From positions 62,001-126,000 of the IMG/VR virus record IMGVR_UViG_3300006213_000002: a DNA stretch of 64,000 nt; one strand, 5' to 3'. The position numbers and the translations under genes are program-made. The DNA is from an uncultured virus (IMG/VR IMGVR_UViG_3300006213_000002) (lineage: Duplodnaviria; Heunggongvirae; Uroviricota; Caudoviricetes). How positions within the stretch are numbered: the stretch's first letter is position 1; every line of letters starts with the position of its first letter. Below are positions 43,801 through 52,198 of this stretch, one piece after another. Under the pieces are notes generated by a model, which was not told the DNA's origin, searched no databases, and worked only from the letters and a program-made list of their open reading frames with translations.

Positions 43801-46187
43801 TTAATGGTATTAATAAAGGTGGTCCCGAAAATATTGCTAATAATATAAGCAATGCAGCTAAGAGTATAGCATATAATGCAGCAAATGTTACTAAAGGAGC
43901 ACCTACGACTGAAGGCGGCAATCCATTAGATAAAGAATATAAAATTACAAGTACTTTTGGTCCAAGAAAATATCCTCATACTGGAGAACATCATGGTGTT
44001 GATCTTAAACCTGCTGGAAATATGAATACATATGCAGATGTATTTAGTAGATTTAGTGGTGTCATTGAAGATATAAAGTCTGATGTTCCTAATACAGATC
44101 ATGCAGTTATGTCACAAGATGGAACATGGACTTATGAAGGTAATAATGAAACTGGTAATATGGTTTCTATTAGAACTAAAGATGGATTCTTAATTAAAAA
44201 TATGCATCTGAAACAAGGTACTATACCTACTAATCTTAAAGTTGGATCTGAAATACAAGCTGGTCAGAAGATAGGTGAAATGGGTAACACAGGTTGGTCA
44301 ACTGGTCCTCATTTACATTATCAGATACAAGATCAAAATGGTAATTATATAGATCCAACATATACATTACTTGGAACTCCAAATTCCAAAAATGGAATAA
44401 GTGGCGCAATAAATTCAGTGGCTAATGTAACTGCTTCAACTATAACTGGGTCATCTTATTATCCATCAGCTTCTTCAGATAACCAAACTACATCTGGTGG
44501 TATATTAGCTGAAATATTATCTGTAATAAAGGATGCAGGTAATAGTTTATTAAGTAAGATTACTGGTGGTTTAATAGGTAACTCATCAAGTAATAATTCA
44601 GATGAATCATCAGCATATTCAACAGGAGTAATGTCTGCAGAAAATACTATGTTGACAAATTCTCCTAATAGTGATTGGGTTTCTATAGTAAGAGCAGTAA
44701 AACAATTAGTAGCAGCTCAAGCGCCGGTATATAATCAATCAGGTTATATTAATATTACTTATAATGGGAGGACTGTAAAGACAAGAACTGATTGTACTGG
44801 TATCATAGCTACTATGTTAAAATTCTATGGGGTGTTACCAGAATCAACTAATATTACTTCAAGAGTATTATTAACTGAAGGAGCTATACCAAATGGATTT
44901 ACAAAATCACCTTGGCCAGGTTGGGATAAGTTAGTGGAAGGTGATATTATTAGTAGAGCTGGACATGCAGAAATATTTGCATTTAATAACGGAAATAAAC
45001 ATATGGTTTATAATGGTGGATCTACTAATGCACTTGCATCACCTGGGGCTACTTATACTGGTCATAAAGATGGTTATGATGTTATTTGGAGATGTAATGA
45101 AACTTCATCTATTAACAATTTAATACCAGGAATGTCAAATGGTGTATTAGGAACAGGAGCTGAATTATTATTTCCACAAGAATATGGTCATAATGAAACA
45201 TTTGAAAAAGAAATTCTTAAGGATAAATATGACTCACCTACTCATGGATGGTCTCCTTCTTCAAGACAAGGGCAACTACGAAAAGATGCTATTGCAAATA
45301 ATCGTCTTAAACCACAAAATGCATTTGGTTTAACAAATGTGGCAACTATAGATGATAGAATGCTTATAGCAACAAAAGAAAATATAGGTAACCAATTCCC
45401 TGTTAATGTAGGTGATCATGTAGATGTACAGTTTACTGATGGATCTGTATGGAATACAATGATTGGTGATATTAAGGGTAATGATGCACCACATCCATGG
45501 GGTCATAATAATGGTAAAGATTCTGTAGAAATTATTTATTGGGATTATAAAAATAATTCTGGTAATCAAAGAAAGAAAGTGAATAAACTTGTAAAGACTG
45601 GTGGCACTTATATACCAGGAGCTGCTCCATCTAAAACTGATATAAATAATATAGGTATGATAGGTGGTATTTCTAATAATTTATTACAGAATATAACCAA
45701 TGCTGGTATTAATAAAGCTAATACAAGTATATCAAATGGAACTGGTGGACCTGTAGATTCATCAACTACAATAAACAAACAAAATTATACATCTACTAAG
45801 ACACAAATAACAAAGCCAAAAAATAATATCGTTTCTATAAATAATATTGATAGTAGATCAAAATCAATTGAATCATCTAAGCGAGAAGTACCAACAGCAA
45901 GATCAGAAAGTGCTTCTAATAATATTAGTAATGATAATAAAGAGATAATAAAATTATTATATTCTATAATTGATTATCTTGGTTCAATTGATAATAATTC
46001 TGGAACTTCAAATGAATTACTTAATTCTATTAACAGTAGTGGATTTGTAGATCAAGGTTTAAGAAATGAATTAAGCTCTGCTTCTGAGTTAATAAATAAG
46101 AAAAGAGCTAATAAACATACCATGAATTATAAACAAACAAATCCTGCAAATAATAGAATGATATCAAATTTAGCTAGACCTGTATAA
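37815..46187 (+). CDS. tape-measure-like virion protein with C-terminal peptidoglycan hydrolase domains (2790 aa)
   Basis: Long helical Gly/Ala-rich body with hydrophobic stretches; M23 peptidase HHGVDL...GNTGWSTGPHLHY (about 43910-44370); NlpC/P60-like TDCTG...GHAEI (about 44670-45100). Confidence 0.8.
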   Translation: MSNTINEKTTSLSFLKQAANVITNGSISYINKVMPNTTDTLKEAKATVNEVTSTFSNTTGNVFPILRKLKSQISYKGILNWFYEKEDSFDSGVDIPSSYDDGSDFEMAEVQINQSEKNAKEISQTIVESSRHMVESEIASTANLTHTISAQTAVITSGFDSVNKNLENIAEIISKNTSAIIELQTASSKVELISRTQTDADESRKRMQSGKFNLSDYKAILKDNFANSELGLSLGTASGLLSNSGMIKDLLSPTNLLSVGISKAVDKASPNFRKNAKALDDAISETIMTSLIRLGESKKEVFGVNLGKIFGIDSSREKIDTSRQTLELHATPFDTLTKDTINSGITGYLRKILVAVGGDDVIYDARSRSFKTQKQLKKEYRAESINTSALYQATDRVKQNLGNEDFTKMMYSLMMNDLSNRTGPNGNARNQINQFKNFDVTYDYLKSLLGNNATSTDLDNIKVLAKRLGRLPTGYGEQDIMNQAAREAIKRNNKMKEYVINADNYGVDLSFINDSTKADANTIKKTFGRSDIEIKNSPSRISTLTNIDYTYKALYEIYRRLNKGINVFKVGENNRRSKPYTDWKDNYLSKPSGYKSKTINDADTTTNGILANMGRLDDGPNQLRNNTLEDGTTEELTGGQRFSRWGKQRGGEFIKAMFSGNPGDVKRVFGNIIQDVSGVASDKIKSQANKVNDKYGNASGYLKHKLFGTSYRYTNDEGKEVEIEKNDKGGYAGFIKKKLFGKLGDTNNSVQKWFKDVAGYFDYGNKEDKKNGVESKRKKLISTSIGALGGGLLAGPLGVLMGSMAGSAFSNFNIGDKFKEKLFGRDDNGKAKGLLTKVFDKMTRPITYQIKKTTNYFGNVLKKNIFGPLSDLGFAMRERMLHHVDGLMKKTMNFIKNSFIGKAFSAAKKKVGGAVKTGAKKVFGGLGNLLYGGSVGTLGLAARQTLNANTLLPRAGLNGLSNLLVHNTGTYEVDPDTGERVWVSGKDKLKQRREERNASIKRDMDRYSLFGGYAEYNRELDAKHATNKNELEQYIAEGTPKIVENTEQTNEILDNLTDVNRESNEALQNLDRNSSEVGSLFTHDQGIHDKLDKLYAFLTGNTSTNKPSNTPEGHYKSDKKADDDSLKNALENKSSKAPTLIGGGNQSDPILGSALGSISTIAANNGLSNDEAQTTNETIAELSKDKPNKNSISAKLQKIININKTKSDEDDKDKKKKKSLFWDILGKIGNFAGGFLDKLPLILGGIAAFKLFCGDFEGVKDVVSRIGNGIDSIASFITGKSKDDGTTAGMNAVTSLADIQSDSPMSYAIPGAELYHNERDCAGNRIRNQNATKAKNTILIGANLKNAFMNKWHGTNNSSFTSTMARTRASISGRINNISSSVYNKLDNSVLGKFGLGRKIKNKASKIRDNSAAAQANQDQIANNNVTTVDNLKSRVGTAASLSFLSGAAGLGAKGIAKAFGRDEESQDRWSRIGSGGTALVLTANHGMSKLTGKKSLIDLFKELVSKLFKYLAGKFKENGILKKCASKVDDIFTGLDTKIFTGLKDKMIDIVSKKLLELGVVSSGEQALSAATLGIPIVVGGISGFIDGICGVEHLFSVLPGDADGTMKTISILLNTALGAAAFVPGVGYAVACIDIIDAIMSAIPVFKGKGLTQYLAELLYNIINGAKNLVTGKKGNKLKEAHAEVTRNTKAYNEKFGTNLSESDIIDATTNKGWWDALWHGKAYKGDNGLLVTDRAGNFLGKGGITNALFGNNKIYESDTEGNVLKNQYGEAVVKTDKYGLGSYKNNMKIGDYAKFGFNSAKRFFTGGEVYKTDEKGNVIYDENGNPIVDHKESNIFTRVFKEKKFLDEATTQSINTTKSFIKNIFKKETIKDENGNEILDENGKPIERSKAGNVIVKATNVINGALFGGVGGVFKALKKNEKEQYELDENGKPLLDADGNKVKKGTLGSVITKGLGKIGNTALSFLTGGALKDTELVKSVKNSKWFDTLSNMINGINKGGPENIANNISNAAKSIAYNAANVTKGAPTTEGGNPLDKEYKITSTFGPRKYPHTGEHHGVDLKPAGNMNTYADVFSRFSGVIEDIKSDVPNTDHAVMSQDGTWTYEGNNETGNMVSIRTKDGFLIKNMHLKQGTIPTNLKVGSEIQAGQKIGEMGNTGWSTGPHLHYQIQDQNGNYIDPTYTLLGTPNSKNGISGAINSVANVTASTITGSSYYPSASSDNQTTSGGILAEILSVIKDAGNSLLSKITGGLIGNSSSNNSDESSAYSTGVMSAENTMLTNSPNSDWVSIVRAVKQLVAAQAPVYNQSGYINITYNGRTVKTRTDCTGIIATMLKFYGVLPESTNITSRVLLTEGAIPNGFTKSPWPGWDKLVEGDIISRAGHAEIFAFNNGNKHMVYNGGSTNALASPGATYTGHKDGYDVIWRCNETSSINNLIPGMSNGVLGTGAELLFPQEYGHNETFEKEILKDKYDSPTHGWSPSSRQGQLRKDAIANNRLKPQNAFGLTNVATIDDRMLIATKENIGNQFPVNVGDHVDVQFTDGSVWNTMIGDIKGNDAPHPWGHNNGKDSVEIIYWDYKNNSGNQRKKVNKLVKTGGTYIPGAAPSKTDINNIGMIGGISNNLLQNITNAGINKANTSISNGTGGPVDSSTTINKQNYTSTKTQITKPKNNIVSINNIDSRSKSIESSKREVPTARSESASNNISNDNKEIIKLLYSIIDYLGSIDNNSGTSNELLNSINSSGFVDQGLRNELSSASELINKKRANKHTMNYKQTNPANNRMISNLARPV

Positions 46188-46196
46188 TATATTCAT

Positions 46197-46230
46197 AAAA
46201 GGGGGCTATTAATAGCCCCCTTTTATTTTT
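46197..46230 (+). terminator. intrinsic terminator
   Basis: AAAAGGGGGCTATT / AATAGCCCCCTTTT plus T tract. Confidence 0.85.
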
Positions 46231-46311
46231 CTTTTTAATTATATATTCTATTAGTATAATTTACTTATGTAAAAAGAATAATTTTAATTTCTTCAAGGGA
46301 GGTTTTTTAAT

Positions 46312-47184
46312 ATGGGTGTATTAAGTAATGATCCTAGTTTGATCATGGCTCAACGAATATTAAAAAATAATGTGACTAGTAAACCCACTGCTACATCAGA
46401 AGATGTAGATGCAGAAAAGTTAGCATTTTGTAGAAGATTAGTAGAGACAAGTTTTGCTCTATCGGAAGATTTAGATGATGAAGAAGATGAAGATTTTGAG
46501 GAAGAAGATTATTATGATGAGGAAGAATTAGAAGAATTTGAAGAATATGATGATGAAGCAGAAGAAGAATTATATGATAATGATGAGGAAGAAGAAAATA
46601 TAATTGAGTGGAAGAAATTAAAGAAGAAAGAAAAGAAGAATAAAAAGGAAAATAATAAAAAGCAGAAGAAGATTAAAAGTGATAAAAAGAAGAATAAGAA
46701 AATTAAAGTTGAAAAGACAGCGGAAGAATTGGAAGAAGAAAAGAAAGAAAAAGAATTAAAAATGCGGAAGAAAATGGAAGAAAAGAAGAAAAGAGAAAGA
46801 GCAGAAAAGGAAGCACTTAGAAAAGAAAGTGAGATTCAATTAATTGAACTTGCAGGGCAGAAGAATTATTTGGAAGAAAAATTAACAGAATTAAATCCTC
46901 GGAAAAAGAAACATGCACAGGCTATTGTTGATATAAATATAGCTATTAGAGAAATAGAAGAAGAAATGAGGAGAATAGAAATTATGAGTGGTGTAAAAAC
47001 TCCTAATTTACAACAAGGATCCAAAGTAAAGAGATTCTTTATAAATATAAAAAATAAAGTAAATAGAGGAATTAAGAAATTTAAGAAAGGTTTTAAGAGA
47101 AATAAGGAGATAATTATTACAGCAGCAACTATATTCGTACCTGCTATATTAGGATTTGCTGCAAGATTAATATCAAAACATTAG
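46312..47184 (+). CDS. charge-block protein with C-terminal membrane anchor
   Basis: D/E tract, K-rich tract, coiled coil, terminal IIITAATIFVPAILGFAA. Confidence 0.75.
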   Translation: MGVLSNDPSLIMAQRILKNNVTSKPTATSEDVDAEKLAFCRRLVETSFALSEDLDDEEDEDFEEEDYYDEEELEEFEEYDDEAEEELYDNDEEEENIIEWKKLKKKEKKNKKENNKKQKKIKSDKKKNKKIKVEKTAEELEEEKKEKELKMRKKMEEKKKRERAEKEALRKESEIQLIELAGQKNYLEEKLTELNPRKKKHAQAIVDINIAIREIEEEMRRIEIMSGVKTPNLQQGSKVKRFFINIKNKVNRGIKKFKKGFKRNKEIIITAATIFVPAILGFAARLISKH

Positions 47185-47218
47185 GTCATCCATAAAGGAC
47201 GGCCTAATGTTTATAATT

Positions 47219-48520
47219 TTATTGTGTAGAAGCAATATCATTCAGAAGATGGTTAATTTGTTCACCCATATCTTTAAATAGATCAGATAAAATCGGATCA
47301 TTGATATTTTGAAGATTATTAATATTTTTAACATCGAAAGTTATAACTGCTTTAGTCATATAAATAGATGGTAATAATGAAAATGCTCCACGTTCATCAA
47401 TATCATATCCACCTGTTATATCTCTAGCAGATGACATAAGCATAGCAATAAGATTTCTGGTACTATTTTCAACTTCAGTAATTCTTAACTTATATGCTTC
47501 TAAAGCATTATTAAAAGTTTTAACTTTCTCTTCATCGTCAGAGTAAAACTCGGTAGAAATATTTTCTATAGGGAATTTTGTCTCAAGTGTATCATAATAT
47601 GTTGATGGATAAGCAATAGTCATATAATCTTCTTTAGTATTATTAAGAAGAAATAACATATGCTGTATTGGAATAGATATAACAAAATCAACATATAATG
47701 GCGTATTCAATGATCCAATCTTTTTCAATTTATCAATCATATCATTCTTATTGATATTAAATAAGTTAAATAATACTTCGGATCTATCAACATTGTCATA
47801 TTTATGGCAACCAAGTAAAGCAAACTTAAAAAATTTATTATTATGACATGTATTAAGTGGATTATATTTGATAACGTTAACATATTGAACGTATCTGTTA
47901 TCAAATTGAACAAGAGAAGTGTTTTTGATTAATTCTAATGTAAACAACTTATTGAAACTATGATTTTCATCAAAGATTTGTTGTAATGTATTAGGATAAT
48001 CAGAAACAAATATCTTAGTTGATTCTTCTACTACCATATATGATATAAAATTTACAAATGATACAGGTATCTGTATAGTAAATTTTCTAGATATCATAGG
48101 TAACAGTAATCTTCTAACAGTACCACTAATAATATCGTTATCAGTTTGCATTTGCATGACAAGATTAATATAACTATTAATTGACGCCTCAGCAGCATCA
48201 GCAAACTTAATAGGTGATTTATCATTACCAACAGTAAATTCACCAGGGAAAAATATTTTAAGTTCTTCCATAGATGGAACTTCAGCTTTACTTTCTTCAA
48301 TAATGCGTAATTTATCTCTATAAGTCTGAGTTAATCTAAATAACTCAAATAGATTTACATTATCTAAAGTGATGATATAACATAATTCATCATTAATAAG
48401 TGACTGTAAAGCAAGATCTGATACAATATTTGCATTATTAGTTATAGCCCATGAAATAATGTTATTAGATCCAGCTTCTTTAATTGATACAATATTCATT
48501 ATTTTATCCTCCTTTATCAT
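47219..48520 (-). CDS. hypothetical protein
   Basis: 433-aa ORF; probable start MNIVSIK at 48499 behind AAGGAGG. Confidence 0.75.
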   Translation of the reverse strand: MIKEDKIMNIVSIKEAGSNNIISWAITNNANIVSDLALQSLINDELCYIITLDNVNLFELFRLTQTYRDKLRIIEESKAEVPSMEELKIFFPGEFTVGNDKSPIKFADAAEASINSYINLVMQMQTDNDIISGTVRRLLLPMISRKFTIQIPVSFVNFISYMVVEESTKIFVSDYPNTLQQIFDENHSFNKLFTLELIKNTSLVQFDNRYVQYVNVIKYNPLNTCHNNKFFKFALLGCHKYDNVDRSEVLFNLFNINKNDMIDKLKKIGSLNTPLYVDFVISIPIQHMLFLLNNTKEDYMTIAYPSTYYDTLETKFPIENISTEFYSDDEEKVKTFNNALEAYKLRITEVENSTRNLIAMLMSSARDITGGYDIDERGAFSLLPSIYMTKAVITFDVKNINNLQNINDPILSDLFKDMGEQINHLLNDIASTQ

Positions 48521-48579
48521 AAATGATATATTATATATGTATCAGTGGATAAAAATAATTTTATTAATGGAGGGAGAAA

Positions 48580-48825
48580 ATGTACACAGGAAAGAGAGGA
48601 AGAATTTATGATGAATTTGATCCAGATGATTTAACAAAGAATCAATTGGAACAATTTGCTGATCATTTAGACAATTATCTTGAGATGTTTCAAGATGTAA
48701 TGGTTATTCCAAAAGAATTACTTGATAAAGAAAAAGAAATGGAAATAGCTATTGGATTGGTTAAGGAATTAATTAGTAAACTAAAGAAAGGAAAAAAATC
48801 TGTATTTAAAGATATGGATGAATAA
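48580..48825 (+). CDS. hypothetical protein
   Basis: 81 aa, GGAGG RBS, promoter motif 48524-48535. Confidence 0.7.
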   Translation: MYTGKRGRIYDEFDPDDLTKNQLEQFADHLDNYLEMFQDVMVIPKELLDKEKEMEIAIGLVKELISKLKKGKKSVFKDMDE

Positions 48826-48865
48826 AACAAAGATGAATAAAAATTAATAGGAGGAAATAAATGTA

Positions 48866-49891
48866 ATGACAAGAACAAGAATAATTATTCATATAATTCC
48901 ATCGAAATATGTTGTAGGTGGTAATATTGATAAATATATACCAAATGCAAAGAATTGGAAAATCAGTTCAGTAGCTAATATATTTGTAAATGAAGTAGAT
49001 GGAATGTATCATATTATATTTTATAGTGATATATTTGATCAATTGGAAAAAGATGTATTGATTAACGGCATTATATCATTAATTGAGAATAATATTGAAA
49101 GACCAAAATTAATATCGATATCATATGATTCGATAATATTAGAAGATGGTGTTAACATGTTAACTGTTCCATGTGTAAAAAATATTATTGAATTGCAAAA
49201 TATATTATCTGATGTAATATCAAATAAAGATAAAAGAAAATGGGAATTTGAAATATTACAGAATGTTGTTGATGCAGCAAATTTTTATGTAAAACATCAA
49301 AAGAAATTGAACGAATGGAGAGAAGAACATAAAGATGATAATAAATATAAGAAAAAGATTTCAAATAGAATTTATGACAAACCAGAAATACGACAAGAAG
49401 AACCACAAAGAAGAAGTATTGATCTTATTACAAAAGCAATAGAAGATATGCAAGATTTTGAAGATGAAGATGATAGCGTATTTGGTAAAAATAAAAAGAG
49501 AAAGAAACGTAAGTCTCTTCGTAGTGATAAAAAGAAACATTATTCTTCTTCAAAATTAATAAAAATTAAAGATGCTAAAAAATCTTATAATAGACATGGA
49601 GTTATTGTATCAAGTAAAAAATCTATTATAGAAAGAGATGAAAAGGTTATCAAAGATTTCTTAAAGGATTTTATTCCTGGTAATGGATGGAAAAAAGACT
49701 TGAGAAAAGATCTTTTAGAAAGATGGATGAGCGTCTTTGTTATTACAAAGAAACAACTTAAAAGGATTGAGAAGAGGGAAAAAGAACGAAAAGAATCAAA
49801 TGATAAATATAAAAAGGCAAGAAAAGTAATAAACGTAGCAGGTAGATTAATATCTACACCAATAGATCATTGGAATGATCCTAGTAGATAA
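48866..49891 (+). CDS. hypothetical protein with basic C-terminal half
   Basis: 341-aa ORF, AGGAGG RBS. Confidence 0.7.
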   Translation: MTRTRIIIHIIPSKYVVGGNIDKYIPNAKNWKISSVANIFVNEVDGMYHIIFYSDIFDQLEKDVLINGIISLIENNIERPKLISISYDSIILEDGVNMLTVPCVKNIIELQNILSDVISNKDKRKWEFEILQNVVDAANFYVKHQKKLNEWREEHKDDNKYKKKISNRIYDKPEIRQEEPQRRSIDLITKAIEDMQDFEDEDDSVFGKNKKRKKRKSLRSDKKKHYSSSKLIKIKDAKKSYNRHGVIVSSKKSIIERDEKVIKDFLKDFIPGNGWKKDLRKDLLERWMSVFVITKKQLKRIEKREKERKESNDKYKKARKVINVAGRLISTPIDHWNDPSR

Positions 49892-49902
49892 GGAGGAATA
49901 AA

Positions 49903-50160
49903 ATGAGCCAAGTAATTGAAAACTTAGAAAAACTTACTAATCCTGATAACTTTCAAAAGTATGTATTAGGATATAAAAAGAATGGGCAACCAAGAGCAGC
50001 TTATGATGTAATAAAAGATGTATATATTGAACCAAAAAAGAAGAAAAAGAAGAAACATGACAAAAATAATCCGTATAACACATATTCATTTTATATGAAT
50101 GCGAAGAAGAAAAAGAAGAAACATAAAAAGAAAAACAAAAAATTCTCTTGGCATATATAA
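49903..50160 (+). CDS. small highly basic protein
   Basis: 85 aa with two poly-Lys tracts; AAGGAGG RBS. Confidence 0.7.
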   Translation: MSQVIENLEKLTNPDNFQKYVLGYKKNGQPRAAYDVIKDVYIEPKKKKKKKHDKNNPYNTYSFYMNAKKKKKKHKKKNKKFSWHI

Positions 50161-50233
50161 AATGGATATTATAATAATAAAGATGGAATAATTATAATTA
50201 TTCCATCTTTATTTTTTATGGAGGTATTATGTT

Positions 50234-52099
50234 TTGTTAAAAAGTAGTAATCCTACATTGTTGAATGTAACTTATATAAAACCTAATAAAGAAGATGGTA
50301 CAAAAGAATCTTTTGAAGTAATATATAAAACTGAAACAGGTGAAGTATATAGATCAGAAGAACCACCATTAGCTGATATATTTTTCGTGAAACCTGAATA
50401 TAGAAATTATAATTATAATAAACCTGAAGAACGAATGGAACGCATGGAAAAAGTTCGTGTTCCTATTAGTAAAATTCGTTATAGAATTGCTGAAGAAATA
50501 GGAGAAGAAGGACAAAAATTTATAAGTCAATGTTGTCAGGAAAAAAATTTCTCTAGGTTAAATGAATTATATGCGTGGCCATATTCTTATGGAGCTGATT
50601 TTCAACCTGAATATTATTTCATGAAGAATTGGTATGAAAAATATGAAATAGGAACTCCAAAAATTACAACGGCATTTCTCGATATTGAGTGTGATTCATT
50701 AGAGAATGAGATTGATATGGATAATATTTCTGTTACAGCATATTCTCCTGTCAATTGTGCTACAGTAATTTTGGATGATACTAAAGAAGCATGGACATTT
50801 ATACTGAGACCACGTAAACCATCTGAATTAGGTAAAAGCAAAGAAGATTATATTAGAGCATATAATTTATATAATAAACAAAAATATGATCATGAAAATT
50901 TAATGAATAATATGAATGATTTCATAGATAAACTTCATAAAACTTTTGATGGAAAATATGGTTATATAAATTATCATGTGAGGGAATTTTCTGATGAAAT
51001 TGAATTAATAGCTGATATATTTAGATTAATTAATAAGCGTAAACCAAATTTCTGTTTATGTTGGAATATGAGATTTGATATTCAGTATCTTTATTATAGA
51101 TTACAAGCCTTGCATATTAACCCAGCTTCTATAATGTGTCATCCTGACTTTAAGAATAGTAAACCAAAATGCTATTTTAAAGTTGATAGATCAACTTATC
51201 AATTGGAAAAACAATATGACTACTTCTATTGTAGTTCATATACTATATATATTTGCCAAATGAGAAATTATGCTGCTATACGTAAATCACAGCATAAATT
51301 ACGTTCTGTATCTTTGAATGCTATAGCTGATATAGAATTAAAAGATAAAAAAGTAGATTACCCAGAAGAATCTAACATGACTGAATTCATGTATAATAAT
51401 TGGCCTTTATTTATTTTATATAATGTGAAAGATGTATTACTCCAGTTAGGAATTGAACGTAAAACAAAAGATACTATGACATATTATATGCGTTCACAAG
51501 CGAATCTTACTCCATATAATAAAATATATAGAGAGACACATTTGTTACGAAACGTTCGTGAGCAGTCATTTAATAAACAAGGATGGGTTCAGGGTAATAA
51601 TATTAATATCATCCATATGCGTGATGTAGATGAAGTTGAAAAAGCTTTCTATAATAATGATGAAAATGAAGAAGGTAATGAAAGTTCATTTAAAGGTGCA
51701 ATAAATGCAGATCCGGTATGGAATGATAGGATAGGCATGAAGATATTAGGTATTAGATCAAATAATATCTTTTCAAATCCAATGGATTATGATATGGGAG
51801 CATTTTATCCATCAATAAAAATTGCATCTAATATGGATCCAATTACATTGTTATATAAAGCATCATTTGTAAATGAAGAATTTATGAGTGGTGAATTTAT
51901 CAATAGATCTTTAAATCAACAATATGTAGAAAAAGATAAGAAAGGTAAAACACGTAAATTAGATTTTACTGGTGAAGCAGTAAACACATATGTTAGTGGT
52001 AATATATTAACATTTGGAGTGAATTATCTTAATCAACCATCTATAACAGAAGTTTTGGCTGCTTGCAGAAAGGAATGTAAACGAAAAGAATTAGTATAA
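50234..52099 (+). CDS. polB: family B DNA polymerase, N-terminal subunit (3'-5' exonuclease + motif A)
   Basis: ExoI FLDIECD, ExoII WNMRFDIQY, ExoIII YNVKDV, FKGA, motif A DMGAFYPS; motifs B and C absent. Confidence 0.85.
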   Translation: MLKSSNPTLLNVTYIKPNKEDGTKESFEVIYKTETGEVYRSEEPPLADIFFVKPEYRNYNYNKPEERMERMEKVRVPISKIRYRIAEEIGEEGQKFISQCCQEKNFSRLNELYAWPYSYGADFQPEYYFMKNWYEKYEIGTPKITTAFLDIECDSLENEIDMDNISVTAYSPVNCATVILDDTKEAWTFILRPRKPSELGKSKEDYIRAYNLYNKQKYDHENLMNNMNDFIDKLHKTFDGKYGYINYHVREFSDEIELIADIFRLINKRKPNFCLCWNMRFDIQYLYYRLQALHINPASIMCHPDFKNSKPKCYFKVDRSTYQLEKQYDYFYCSSYTIYICQMRNYAAIRKSQHKLRSVSLNAIADIELKDKKVDYPEESNMTEFMYNNWPLFILYNVKDVLLQLGIERKTKDTMTYYMRSQANLTPYNKIYRETHLLRNVREQSFNKQGWVQGNNINIIHMRDVDEVEKAFYNNDENEEGNESSFKGAINADPVWNDRIGMKILGIRSNNIFSNPMDYDMGAFYPSIKIASNMDPITLLYKASFVNEEFMSGEFINRSLNQQYVEKDKKGKTRKLDFTGEAVNTYVSGNILTFGVNYLNQPSITEVLAACRKECKRKELV

Positions 52100-52198
52100 A
52101 TATATGAGGGGCCCTGTATAACCCCCCCCTCATACTTTATAACATATTTTTATGATATATTATTATATCGAAATAAAAATAGGAAGGAGTTTATAAAG

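Noticed and set aside
504..45569. Many short opposite-strand or off-frame ORFs inside long genes (for example 504-935, 38462-38851, 41249-41671, 43310-43921)
   Set aside because: Shadow ORFs overlapping well-supported genes, without RBS or motifs
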